DNA from: Solirubrobacterales bacterium
GTDB taxonomy: Bacteria > Actinomycetota > Thermoleophilia > Solirubrobacterales > Solirubrobacteraceae
Direction: 5' to 3'
Length of the DNA stretch: 64,000 bases
Assembly (NCBI GenBank): GCA_038276395.1
Contig: JBBQAA010000044.1
Span: forward strand, 187 to 64,186
Numbering within the stretch: the stretch's first letter is position 1; the number at the start of each line of letters is the position of its first letter. The translations under genes and the position numbers were made by a program. This document shows positions 37,668-45,860 of the stretch, in pieces. The notes below the pieces were generated by a model. It was not told the origin of the DNA and did no database searches. It saw only the letters and a list, made by a program, of their open reading frames with translations.

Positions 37668-37800
37668 TCGGTTCGTTGCTCTCGCGCGACCGGAAGACGC
37701 GATGCGAACAAACCCTCGGCCAGGCGATCGTTTCGTTGATACGGCAGCTGAGCGCCGCGCGAAGTCGACAAACCGACGCGCCCGCGGCGACGCCCCGGAG
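37668..37800. repeat. Imperfect repeat element, copy A (inverted relative to copy B)
   Basis: Its reverse complement shares the blocks CGTCGGTTTGT, CGCGGCGC, TCAACGAAACG, TCGCCnGGC and TTTGT with 39595..39680. The 28-nt spacing between the first and third blocks is identical in both copies. Confidence 0.5.
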
Positions 37801-37815
37801 CCTGCCCTTCGAGGC

Positions 37816-38940
37816 TCAGAAGACGACGACCTGTCGCACCGCCTGCGCCTCGCGCAGGCGGTCGAAGCCCTCGTTCAGGTCTTCCAGGGCGAGCCGGTGG
37901 GTGAGCAGGGCCTCGACCGGCAGCCGCCCCTCGGCGTGCAGCGCCACGAAGCGCGGCAGGTCTACCGAGGGCACGCAGGAACCGAGGTAGGAGCCGCGGA
38001 GCGTCCGCTCCTCGGCCACGAGCGAGACGGCGGGGATCGAGAGCATCCGCTCGGGGTGCGGCAACCCGACGGTGACCGTCGTGCCGCCGCGGCACGTGGC
38101 GGCGTAGGCCTCGGCCAGGACCTTCTCGCTGCCGACCGTCTCGATCGCCTTCTCCGCCCCGCCGCCCGTCAGCTCGCGGATCCGCGCGACAGCCTCCGGC
38201 CCGGCGGGCACGGCGTGGGTGGCGCCGAGCGTCCGGGCGAGCGCCAGCTTCTCCGGGACGACGTCGACGGCCACGAGCGGGTCGGCGCCCGCGAGCCGCG
38301 CGCCGATCACGGCGGCCAGGCCGACGCCGCCGAGCCCGAACACCGCCACCGACTCCCCGAGCTCGACGTGCGCGGAGTGCAGCGCGGCGCCGACGCCGGT
38401 GAGGACGGCGCAGCCGAACAGGGCGGCGAGCTCCCACGGCAGCTCGGGCGGCACCTTGACCGCCGAGCGAGCGGAGACGACGACGGCCTCGGCGAAGGCG
38501 GAGACGCCCAGGTGGTGGTGCAGCTCGGGATCCCCTTCCGATCCCCAGCGGCGCTCGCCGGAGAGCAGCGTCCCGGCCGCGTTGGCCGCCGCGCCGGGCT
38601 CGCACAGCGCCGGGCGCCCGCGGCGGCACGGCTCGCATTCGCCGCAGGCGGGCACGAACGCGAGGACGATGTGGTCCCCGGGGGCGAAGCCGCTGACGCC
38701 CTCCCCCACCTCGTCGACCTCCCCGGCCGCCTCGTGGCCGAGCACCATGGGCATGACCCGCGGGCGCGAGCCGTCGATGACCGAGAGGTCGGAGTGGCAG
38801 AGCCCCGCGGCGCGCACGCGAACGAGCAGCTCGCCCGGGCCGGGCGGGGCCAGCTCGAGCTCCTCGACCTGCAGCGGGCGCGACTCCGCGTAGGGGGCGG
38901 GCAGCCCCATCTCACGCAGGACCGCGCCGCGGACCCTCAC
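37816..38940 (-). CDS. Zinc-dependent alcohol dehydrogenase (MDR family)
   Basis: GLCHSD....G......P.VLGHEAAGEV, the structural zinc motif CGECEPCRRGRPALC, and GLGGVGL. GTGA overlap with the thioesterase stop. Confidence 0.85.
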   Translation of the reverse strand: MRVRGAVLREMGLPAPYAESRPLQVEELELAPPGPGELLVRVRAAGLCHSDLSVIDGSRPRVMPMVLGHEAAGEVDEVGEGVSGFAPGDHIVLAFVPACGECEPCRRGRPALCEPGAAANAAGTLLSGERRWGSEGDPELHHHLGVSAFAEAVVVSARSAVKVPPELPWELAALFGCAVLTGVGAALHSAHVELGESVAVFGLGGVGLAAVIGARLAGADPLVAVDVVPEKLALARTLGATHAVPAGPEAVARIRELTGGGAEKAIETVGSEKVLAEAYAATCRGGTTVTVGLPHPERMLSIPAVSLVAEERTLRGSYLGSCVPSVDLPRFVALHAEGRLPVEALLTHRLALEDLNEGFDRLREAQAVRQVVVF

Positions 38941-39374
38941 GCTCTTCCCTCCCCGGCGACCACGAGGCGCTCGAGACAGGCGCGGATCGGCGCGGGGATC
39001 TCCACCGGCCGGCGCGACTCCCGGCCGACGAAGACGTGCACGAACCAGCCGGTGCACGCCACCCCCTCGGCGTCCACCCGGGCGAGCGCCAGCTCGTAGC
39101 GCACGCTCGAGCGCCCGAGCCGCCCCACCCGCAGGGCCCCGAGGACCGGCTCGGGGAAGGCCAGCGGCCCCTTGAACTCGCAGTGGGACTCCACGCAGAG
39201 GCCGATCACCTCGCCGCGATGGATGTCGAGCCCACCCTCAGCGATCAGCCAGGCGTTGATGAGCGTGTCGAAGTGCGAGTAGTACTCGACGTTGTTGACG
39301 TGGCCGTAGACGTCGTTGTCCTTCCAGCGCGTCTGCAGCTCGCGGACATGCGGGTAGGCGGCGAGCGCGCTCAT
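38937..39374 (-). CDS. Acyl-CoA thioesterase, hotdog fold (YbgC/4HBT-like)
   Basis: V....DND.YGHVNNVEYYSHFD is typical of 4HBT thioesterases. Start at ATG 39374. Confidence 0.8.
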   Translation of the reverse strand: MSALAAYPHVRELQTRWKDNDVYGHVNNVEYYSHFDTLINAWLIAEGGLDIHRGEVIGLCVESHCEFKGPLAFPEPVLGALRVGRLGRSSVRYELALARVDAEGVACTGWFVHVFVGRESRRPVEIPAPIRACLERLVVAGEGRA

Positions 39375-39587
39375 GCCGGCGCGGACGGTAGTGACCGGGA
39401 GTCGAGGAAGGCCCTCCGGGCACCCGCGCCAGGCTCCCCCCGGTCGCCGGCGTCGCGGAGCTGCTCGCGAGCTGACGGAGGTCTCGCGTTGGCCTTCGAG
39501 CGGGAGAACCCGAGGCTCGGCTCCGGCGCTCCGCCGGCCCAGTGGGGCTGGCGAGTTGGATGTCTGGGGTGGGTCGGGGCTGCATTT

Positions 39588-39740
39588 CTCCCGCCGTCGG
39601 TTTGTTGCGCCGACGCGGCGCCGGGGCGTGAGGTCAACGAAACGCTCGCCCGGCAACCGCTTTGTCGACGACGTCGCCACGGGCGGAGCGGATGTGACAA
39701 AGCGACGCCCGTTTCCGGCGGGACGCCGCGCTCTCCTGTG
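39588..39740. repeat. Imperfect repeat element, copy B, with extra internal ACAAA(G/C)C motifs
   Basis: See copy A. It lies in the 466-nt thioesterase/tatA intergenic region and contains the hairpin CGTCGG n9 CCGACG. Confidence 0.5.
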
Positions 39741-39840
39741 CCTGGCCTCTCCCGGAGAACGGCGCGTGGCGGGGCGGGGAAACGGAAGCGCGGGGCGGAA
39801 CGGGTGTGTGAACCTCCTTCCCGGGTATCCTTTCCTGCGT

Positions 39841-40113
39841 ATGGGCCTCGGCCTCGAGAACCCGCTTCATCTCCTGATCATCGCGGTCATCGTGCTGCTC
39901 GTCTTCGGCCCGAAGCGCCTGCCCGAGGCGGGCAAGTCGCTCGGCAAGGGGATCCGCCAGTTCCGCGACGCGATCACCGGCGGGGACGACGACGAGGACG
40001 AGAAGCGCCCGCAGGTCACGCCCGCCGCCGAGGCCCCGGCCGCGCCCGAGGCGGACGCCGCGCCCGAGCCCGCCGCGTCCTCGCCCGAGCGCGAGACGAC
40101 CAAGTCGCCGTAG
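39841..40113 (+). CDS. tatA: Twin-arginine translocase subunit TatA/E
   Basis: LLIIAVIVLLVFGPKRLPEAGKSLGKGIRQFRDA followed by an acidic tail. Confidence 0.9.
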   Translation: MGLGLENPLHLLIIAVIVLLVFGPKRLPEAGKSLGKGIRQFRDAITGGDDDEDEKRPQVTPAAEAPAAPEADAAPEPAASSPERETTKSP

Positions 40114-40200
40114 CGGGGGCGCGGAGCCCAACGACGGTCGCGTTCCGTGCGGTCGCCAGAGGCCTGGGAAGGTGGAAGGGAACCCGCGCTCGCGGCCTGC

Positions 40201-40237
40201 CCGCAGTTGAGGGCGTCAGAGGACCACAAGTGCGGGA
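40201..40237 (+). repeat. 37-nt hairpin element, copy 1 (CCGCAGTTGAGGGCGTCAGAGGACCACAAGTGCGGGA)
   Basis: Read directly from the sequence. 9-nt terminal arms (8/9 pairing) close a 19-nt loop. Confidence 0.85.
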
Positions 40238-40272
40238 ACGATCGCCGCGACGGCGTCCGGCGCGGGCGATCT

Positions 40273-40309
40273 CCGCAGTTGAGGGCGCCAGCGGACCATA
40301 AGTGCGGGA
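40273..40309 (+). repeat. 37-nt hairpin element, copy 2 (34/37 identical to copy 1)
   Basis: It sits 72 nt downstream of copy 1, with a 35-nt spacer between them. Confidence 0.85.
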
Positions 40310-40400
40310 GCCGCCGCGCCGCTCGCGGCGAATTGCGTCGCGGGCGCGGTGGATCCCGGGCGCGGCGCCGAGCGCCAGCATCGCCCGGCGCCGCTCCGGC

Positions 40401-41114
40401 TCACTTGGAGACCCTGACCGCCTCGGGCTCGGAGGTCACCGCGCCCGCCTTCCTGGCGACGAGCACGATCCGTCCCGCGCGGCGGAGGTGGAAGCGCACG
40501 CGCCCGCGGCCGTCCGTACGGCCGACCCGGCGCCTGCCCGAATACACAGCGGCGCCGCGCACGGGGCTCGCCTTTCCGCTCGGGCTGTAGACGACGATGT
40601 GGGCCGTCAGGCAGTGGTTCCGGCGCGCCTTGCGCCGGACCCGCAGGCCGAGCGGCAGGAACGGCTTGTTCGCGCACGCCTGCTTGACCGTGTCGTAGTC
40701 GCAGCGGTCGACGAAGAACAGCACGTCGTCGCCGGGCCGGAGTTCGGTCGTGCAGGCGCCGGCGCTCGCCGCCCGGTGGTTGACCCAGAACGCCCAGTAG
40801 TCGGGCGAGCCCGGGTGCGTCTCGCCCCGGATCGTCGAGACGAAGTAGCCGAGCCCGTCGGAGTACTTCGCGCCCCAGGCGCCGTGCGTGGCGACCTGCA
40901 GCGCGCCGCCGCCGGAGGTGCCGGAGCAGGTGTGGGCGGGGTTGCCGTCCTTGGTGAACGACGCGCGCTGCGTCCTGACGGTCCGCTCGGAGACGAGCGT
41001 CTTCTTCTGGCCTTCGACGCGGATGTGCACCCGGGCCGGCGCCGCCAGCGCGGGTGAGGCCGCCGCCAGCAGGAGGAGTGTGCCCGCGAGCGGGCCGAGG
41101 ATTCGGGACTTCAT
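40401..41114 (-). CDS. Secreted DUF4430-domain (transcobalamin-like) protein
   Basis: Signal peptide MKSRILGPLAGTLLLLAAASPALA. DUF4430-like core ...GYFVSTIRG......YWAFWVNH.......ELRPGDDVLFF. A cobalamin riboswitch lies directly upstream. Confidence 0.7.
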   Translation of the reverse strand: MKSRILGPLAGTLLLLAAASPALAAPARVHIRVEGQKKTLVSERTVRTQRASFTKDGNPAHTCSGTSGGGALQVATHGAWGAKYSDGLGYFVSTIRGETHPGSPDYWAFWVNHRAASAGACTTELRPGDDVLFFVDRCDYDTVKQACANKPFLPLGLRVRRKARRNHCLTAHIVVYSPSGKASPVRGAAVYSGRRRVGRTDGRGRVRFHLRRAGRIVLVARKAGAVTSEPEAVRVSK

Positions 41115-41144
41115 GGGAGAGCCACCCTTTCCACGAGGGATATC

Positions 41145-41315
41145 GGCTTGCGGCCGGCGGGAGGTCTCCTGACTTCCGGCTTTGACCCGGCGCACCTTCC
41201 CAGGGCCGCGACGACCCCAGTGGCTGCTCTCGCACGCGCCGGGCCGTGTCCGGTCACAGTGGCGGGTCCGTGCCGGTGTCTCACCGGCTTCCCTGACCGT
41301 CGGCCCTAACGCGGC
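41145..41315 (-). promoter_or_regulatory. Cobalamin (B12) riboswitch
   Basis: The minus strand reads GGCCGACGGTCAGGGAAGCCGGTGAGACACCGGCACGGACCCGCCACTGTGACCGG ... GCAGCCACTGGGG ... CCTGGGAAGG ... GAAGTCAGGAGACCTCCCGCCGGCC. It has the conserved AGGGAA / GGTGA / CCCGCCACTGT / GCCACTG core and a B12 box (AGTCAGGAGACC). The closing helix pairs GGCCGACGG with CCGCCGGCC. The element ends about 35 nt before the ATG. Confidence 0.8.
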
Positions 41316-41426
41316 GGATCGTACCGCGCCCGCGGGCCGCGCGAACGAGTTGGTCCCGGATCCATTCGGAAAGCGAGGGAATCGGGGGCCGGCTCGCGGC
41401 GCGCAGCGCGCGGCGTGCGCCGCGGC

Positions 41427-42201
41427 TCAGGCCAGGCCGGCGGCGCGCAGGTCGCCACGCAGGCGCTCCGCGCGCGTCTCGCTGCGGGCGACGACGGCCA
41501 CGGCGCGCACCCGACCGCCGCGCACGACGTAGGCGAAGCGCGCGCCGCGGGCGCCGCGGCGCCCGAGCCAGAGGCCCCGCCCGAGCGAGGTGGCGCGGCC
41601 CCGCAGCGAGGAGGCCCGGGCGCCGGGCGCGATCCCGCCCGCGCGGTGCCCGGCCGCGGTCGAGCCGACGAGCCCGATCCGCCCGGCCGGCGTGAAGGCG
41701 GCGGCCACGCGGCGGCCCGCCGCGCCGGTGACGCAGTAGCGGTAGGAGCGCCCGGGCCGGGAGTCGGGCTGGTCGGCGCGCAGGAGCGCCGCGCGCGGGT
41801 CGGCGCCGAGGCGAAGCCCGGCGAAGCCGGCCGCCGTGAGCGCCCCCGTGCGGCGCGGCAGGCGAACGCCGGGACGCCCTGGGCCCGCTCCCACATCTCG
41901 AGGTAGGACTCCGCGCCGTGGAACATGTCGGACATGAGCGGCATGCCGCCGATGAGCTGGAGGTCGTTCAGCCAGTCGGCGTACATGCCGTAGTTGCCAC
42001 GAGCCGCTGGGCCTGCTGGGCGTAGAGCTCGTAGCAGCCGCCGGCCACGCTGTAGGCGTCGGCCGGCCGGCGCACCGCCGAGACCCCCACCGGGTCCGCG
42101 GCCCCCGAGGCGCCGAGCAGCGGCGAGGCTGAGCGCGGCGAGCGCCCCGAGCGCGGGGATGATCGCGCCGAGCCGGGTGGACGTCCTTCTCCCCGGGCCA
42201 C
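41427..42201 (-). pseudogene. Frameshifted gene for a secreted protein (at least three frame changes)
   Basis: Coherent pieces lie in different frames: the signal-like TRLGAIIPALGALAALSLAAA; LLGASGAADP...YSVAGGCYELYAQQAQRLV; NYGMYADWLNDLQLIGGMPLMSDMFHGAESYLEMWERAQG; and a C-terminal domain ...YRYCVTGAAGRRV...FAYVVRGGRVRAVAVV. Confidence 0.5.
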
Positions 42202-42300
42202 TCTAACCGTTACCCCGGCTTGAGGTCAAAAGGGAACGACGCGACTCCCAACCCTGCGCTCCACGGTGCCGCCCGAAGAAACGTGGCGGTGCGGCCGGGC

Positions 42301-44556
42301 TCAGCCGACCGTCGCGATCGCCACCACCGCCTGGCCGAAGGCGATCCCGCCGTCGTTGGGCGGCAGGCGGACGGGACGGAGGGTCCGCAGGCCGCGTTCC
42401 TCGAGCGCCGCCGTCGTCAGCTCGAGCAGCACCCGGTTCTGAAAGACGCCGCCGGAGAGGACGACGGTGGCGATCCCGTGCTGCTCGCAGAGCGCCGCGC
42501 ACGCCGCCGCCGTCCCCGCCGCGAGGCCGCGGTGAAAGCGCGCGCTGACCGTCCCGGCCGCCGCCCCGGCCCGGACGTCGGCGGCCACGGCGTCGACCGC
42601 CTCGCGCGGGTCGAGCACCCCCTCCTCGAAGCGCACGGGGTAGGCGCCCCGCACACCGGGGTCGAAGGCGGCCTCGAGCTCGGCCGCGGCCTGCCCCTCG
42701 TAGCTCTGCACGCCCCGCACGCCGGCGAGCGCGGCGATCGCGTCGAACAGGCGGCCCATGCTCGTCGTCACCGGGGCCGACACGCCGCCGCGCGCCATGC
42801 GGGCCACGACCTCCCAGGTCCCGGGATCGACCTCGAGACCCCGGGGGATCGGCGGCGGCGCCTCCTCCTCCCGGGTCGCCACGAGCCACGCGCAGGCCAT
42901 CCGCCAGGGCTCGCGCGCGGCGCGGTCGCCGCCCGGGAGCCGCACGGGCCACAGATGCCCGGCGCGCACGCAGCCTGCGAGGTCGCCGACGAGGAGCTCT
43001 CCGCCCCACACCGTTCCGTCCGTCCCGTAGCCCGTCCCGTCGAAGATCGCGCCGAGCGCCGGGCCCGCGTGTCCGTGCTCGGCGAGCACGGCGGCGAGGT
43101 GCGCGTGGTGGTGCTGGACGGCCACGAGCTCCGCGCCCTCCCGCTCCCGCGCGTAGCGCGTGGAGAGGTAGTCGGGATGGAGGTCGCAGGCCACGAGCTC
43201 GGGCGCGACGGCGAACAGCCGCTCGAAGTGCGCGATCCCGGCGGCGAAGGCGGTGAGCGTCTCGACGTTGGCGAGGTCCCCGATGTGGTGGGAGACCCAC
43301 GCGTGCTCCCCCCGCGCCAGGCAGAAGGCGGACTTGAGCTCCGCGCCGCAGGCGAGGAGCGGCCGCGGCGCGGGTGCCGCCAGGCGCAGGACCCCCGGCA
43401 CGTACCCGCGCGAGCGGCGCAGGAGCACCGGCCCCGTCGCGGTCGAGCGCACGACCGAGTCGTCGGTGCGCGTGGCGATCGGCCGGTCGTGCACGAGGAA
43501 GGCGTCGGCGATCTGGGCGAGACGCGCTCGCGCGTCCTCGTCGTTGTAGGCGATCGGCTCGTCGGAGACGTTGCCGCTCGTCAGGACGAGCGGCACGGCG
43601 GCGTCCGCCACGAGCAGGTGGTGCAGTGGCGTATAGGGCAGCATCACGCCGAGGTCAGAGGAGCGGGGCGCGACGGAGGGCGCGACCGGCGCATCTCGCC
43701 GGCGCCGGGCGAGCACGATCGGGCGCTCGCGGCCGGCCAGGAGCGCCTCGTCGCCGGGCCGCAGCTCGACGAGCGCACGCGCCGCGGCAAGGTCGGCGGC
43801 GAGGAGCGCGAAGGGGCGGTCCTCCCGGTGCTTGCGCGCCCTGAGCGCCGCCACCGCGCGCTCGTCGCCGGCGCGGCAGGCGAGGTGGTAGCCGCCGAGG
43901 CCCTTGACGGCGAGGATTCTCCCCGCGCGCAGGAGCGCGGCCGCCGTGGCGACCGCGTCGGGCGCGTCCCCGAGCGGGAGCTCCGCGCCGTCCGGGGCGA
44001 GGAGCCGCGCCCGCGGGCCGCAGGCCGGGCAGGCGTTCGGCTGGGCGTGGAAGCGGCGGTTCCCCGGATCCTCGTACTCGGCCCGGCAGGCGTCGCACAT
44101 CGGAAAGCCCGCCATCGTCGTGCGCGGGCGGTCGTAGGGCACGCCGGTGACGATCGTGAAGCGCGGCCCGCAGTTCGTGCAGTTGACGAACGGGTAGCGA
44201 AAGCGGCGATCGGCGGGGTCGGCGAGCTCGGCCAGACAGTCCGCGCACGTGGCCGCGTCGGGCGCCACCGGCGCGTCGGGGTCCCCGGCGCTCGCGCTGC
44301 CCGCGATCGCGAATCCCTCCTCCCCGGTGGGCGGCAGCTCCTCGGCGCGCACGCCCTCGACGACGGCGAGCGGCGGCGCGTCGGCGGCCAGGCGCCGCAG
44401 CAGCTCGTCGAGCGCCCCGGGCGCGCCCTCCGCCTCCAGAAGCACGCCCCGCGCGTCGTTCCCGACCCACCCCGCGAGCCCGAGCTCTCCGGCCAGGCGA
44501 TGCACGAAGGGCCTGAAGCCGACGCCCTGTACCGTCCCCTCGACGCGCACGCGCAC
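42301..44556 (-). CDS. hypF: [NiFe]-hydrogenase maturation carbamoyltransferase HypF
   Basis: Acylphosphatase domain (VQGVGFRPFV), two CxxC-x18-CxxC zinc fingers, and YrdC-like and Kae1-like domains. 751 aa. Confidence 0.95.
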   Translation of the reverse strand: MRVRVEGTVQGVGFRPFVHRLAGELGLAGWVGNDARGVLLEAEGAPGALDELLRRLAADAPPLAVVEGVRAEELPPTGEEGFAIAGSASAGDPDAPVAPDAATCADCLAELADPADRRFRYPFVNCTNCGPRFTIVTGVPYDRPRTTMAGFPMCDACRAEYEDPGNRRFHAQPNACPACGPRARLLAPDGAELPLGDAPDAVATAAALLRAGRILAVKGLGGYHLACRAGDERAVAALRARKHREDRPFALLAADLAAARALVELRPGDEALLAGRERPIVLARRRRDAPVAPSVAPRSSDLGVMLPYTPLHHLLVADAAVPLVLTSGNVSDEPIAYNDEDARARLAQIADAFLVHDRPIATRTDDSVVRSTATGPVLLRRSRGYVPGVLRLAAPAPRPLLACGAELKSAFCLARGEHAWVSHHIGDLANVETLTAFAAGIAHFERLFAVAPELVACDLHPDYLSTRYAREREGAELVAVQHHHAHLAAVLAEHGHAGPALGAIFDGTGYGTDGTVWGGELLVGDLAGCVRAGHLWPVRLPGGDRAAREPWRMACAWLVATREEEAPPPIPRGLEVDPGTWEVVARMARGGVSAPVTTSMGRLFDAIAALAGVRGVQSYEGQAAAELEAAFDPGVRGAYPVRFEEGVLDPREAVDAVAADVRAGAAAGTVSARFHRGLAAGTAAACAALCEQHGIATVVLSGGVFQNRVLLELTTAALEERGLRTLRPVRLPPNDGGIAFGQAVVAIATVG

Positions 44557-44615
44557 GCGCCGCGGGAGGTCCCGAGCGGAGTCCGGACCCCGGGCGCCGC
44601 GCGCGTGCGCCGAGC

Positions 44616-45860
44616 TCAGGCCGGGGCCTCGATCAGCTCCCGCAGCACGTGCCAGGCCCCGGCCTGCGCCTCCTGGATGCGCGGGATGTGCTGCGAGCGG
44701 GAGACGACGACATGGTCGGCCAGCCCCTCGGCGGCGATCGCCCCGCCGTCGTACCCGACGAAGGCGACGCTCGTGATGCCCCGGCGCCGCGCCTCGGCCA
44801 GCGCCGCCAGGACGTTCTCCGAGCCGCCGCTAGTGGAGAAGGCGACGAGCGCGTCGCCGGCGCGGCCGTGGGCGATGACCTGGCGGGAGAAGACGGAGGC
44901 GATCCCGACGTCGTTGGCGATGGCGGTGAGGATCGCGGCGTCCTCGGTCAGGTCGAGGACGCGCCGCGCGGGCCAGCCCCGCTCGCCCGGGGGCCAGCGC
45001 AGGTCGGCGGCGGCGTCCATCGCGTCGGTGGCCGAGCCGCCGTTCCCGAGCACGAGCAGCGCGCCGCCCGCGTCGAGCCGTGCCCGCAGCTCGGCGGCGG
45101 CGGCGCCGAGCGCGCCCGCACCGTCGCGGAGCGTCTGCGCGCGCAGCTCGCCGATCTCCGCCGCCTTCATCGCCACCGACGCCTCGACGTCGGCGAGCAC
45201 GGCGTCGAGGTCGGTCTCGGTCTCGGAGAGGAAGGGATAGAGGAAGCTCGAGGCACCCGAGTCGTGGGTGGCGCGCTCGGCCCGGCCGGCGAGGAGGCCC
45301 GGGTGGTCGAGGAAGACGTGCACGTGCTCCCACAGCAGGTGGTAGAGCGTCTCCGTCAGCTCCTGGCGCACGAACGGGTCGGGATCGGCGGGCGCGAAGG
45401 CCCAGGTCCCGCAGTCGAGGGCGTCAGAGGACCACAACTGCGGGGACCGGCGCTCGGCCGACCCGAGCGCCACCGTCAGGCACCCGCGCTCGCGAGCGCG
45501 CGCGAGGGCGCTCTCGGCACCCTCCCCGAAGCCCATGACGATGTCCTGCGGCTCGGCGGCGAGCGCGACCTGGCGCTCGATCTCGCCCCCCTCGGCCGCC
45601 AGGCCGAGGGCGGGTAGCGCGCGCTTGCCGACGATGACGGGATGGACAAACTCGACGGCCACGTGGCGCGCGTCGGAGCGCTCGGCGGGGGTGGCGCCGA
45701 AGGCGACGAGCCGCCCGCCGCGCGCGAAGCGCTCGGCCATCCGGTGGCAGAGCCGCGCGATCCGCGGGGCCTCCTCGGCGAAGAACTCCTCGTTGGCCTC
45801 CGTGCGGTGCTCGGCGAGCGCCGGCAGCCGCGCCGGGCCGGCGGCCGCCGGGCTCCTCAC
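44616..45860 (-). CDS. Tandem SIS-domain (GmhA/phosphoheptose-isomerase-like) protein of the hydrogenase cluster
   Basis: The C-terminal half reads LVLGNGGSATDA...AFSTSGGSENV......G..SVAFVGYDGG......D..VVV.S..IPRIQE. The N-terminal half is a degenerate SIS domain. The GTG at 45860 overlaps the hypB TGA. Confidence 0.8.
   Translation of the reverse strand: MRSPAAAGPARLPALAEHRTEANEEFFAEEAPRIARLCHRMAERFARGGRLVAFGATPAERSDARHVAVEFVHPVIVGKRALPALGLAAEGGEIERQVALAAEPQDIVMGFGEGAESALARARERGCLTVALGSAERRSPQLWSSDALDCGTWAFAPADPDPFVRQELTETLYHLLWEHVHVFLDHPGLLAGRAERATHDSGASSFLYPFLSETETDLDAVLADVEASVAMKAAEIGELRAQTLRDGAGALGAAAAELRARLDAGGALLVLGNGGSATDAMDAAADLRWPPGERGWPARRVLDLTEDAAILTAIANDVGIASVFSRQVIAHGRAGDALVAFSTSGGSENVLAALAEARRRGITSVAFVGYDGGAIAAEGLADHVVVSRSQHIPRIQEAQAGAWHVLRELIEAPA
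45409..45445 (+). repeat. 37-nt hairpin element, copy 3 (34/37 identical to copy 1), embedded in frame in the SIS gene
   Basis: CCGCAGTCGAGGGCGTCAGAGGACCACAACTGCGGGG. It encodes PQLWSSDALDCG on the minus strand, using the rare codons TTG and TCT. Confidence 0.85.

Noticed and set aside
37445-37990. 181-aa plus-strand ORF spanning the intergenic region upstream of the amidoligase operon.
   Set aside because: It is Arg/Ser/Pro-rich and runs antisense into the ADH gene. It has no family resemblance, and the region is better explained by repeat copy A and promoter space.
40201-40309. Mini CRISPR array (two 37-nt repeats with a 35-nt spacer).
   Set aside because: There are only two units, and they differ at 3 positions. 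No cas genes are in the window, and no leader is visible. The third copy lies inside a coding gene rather than in an array. It is reported as a hairpin repeat family instead.
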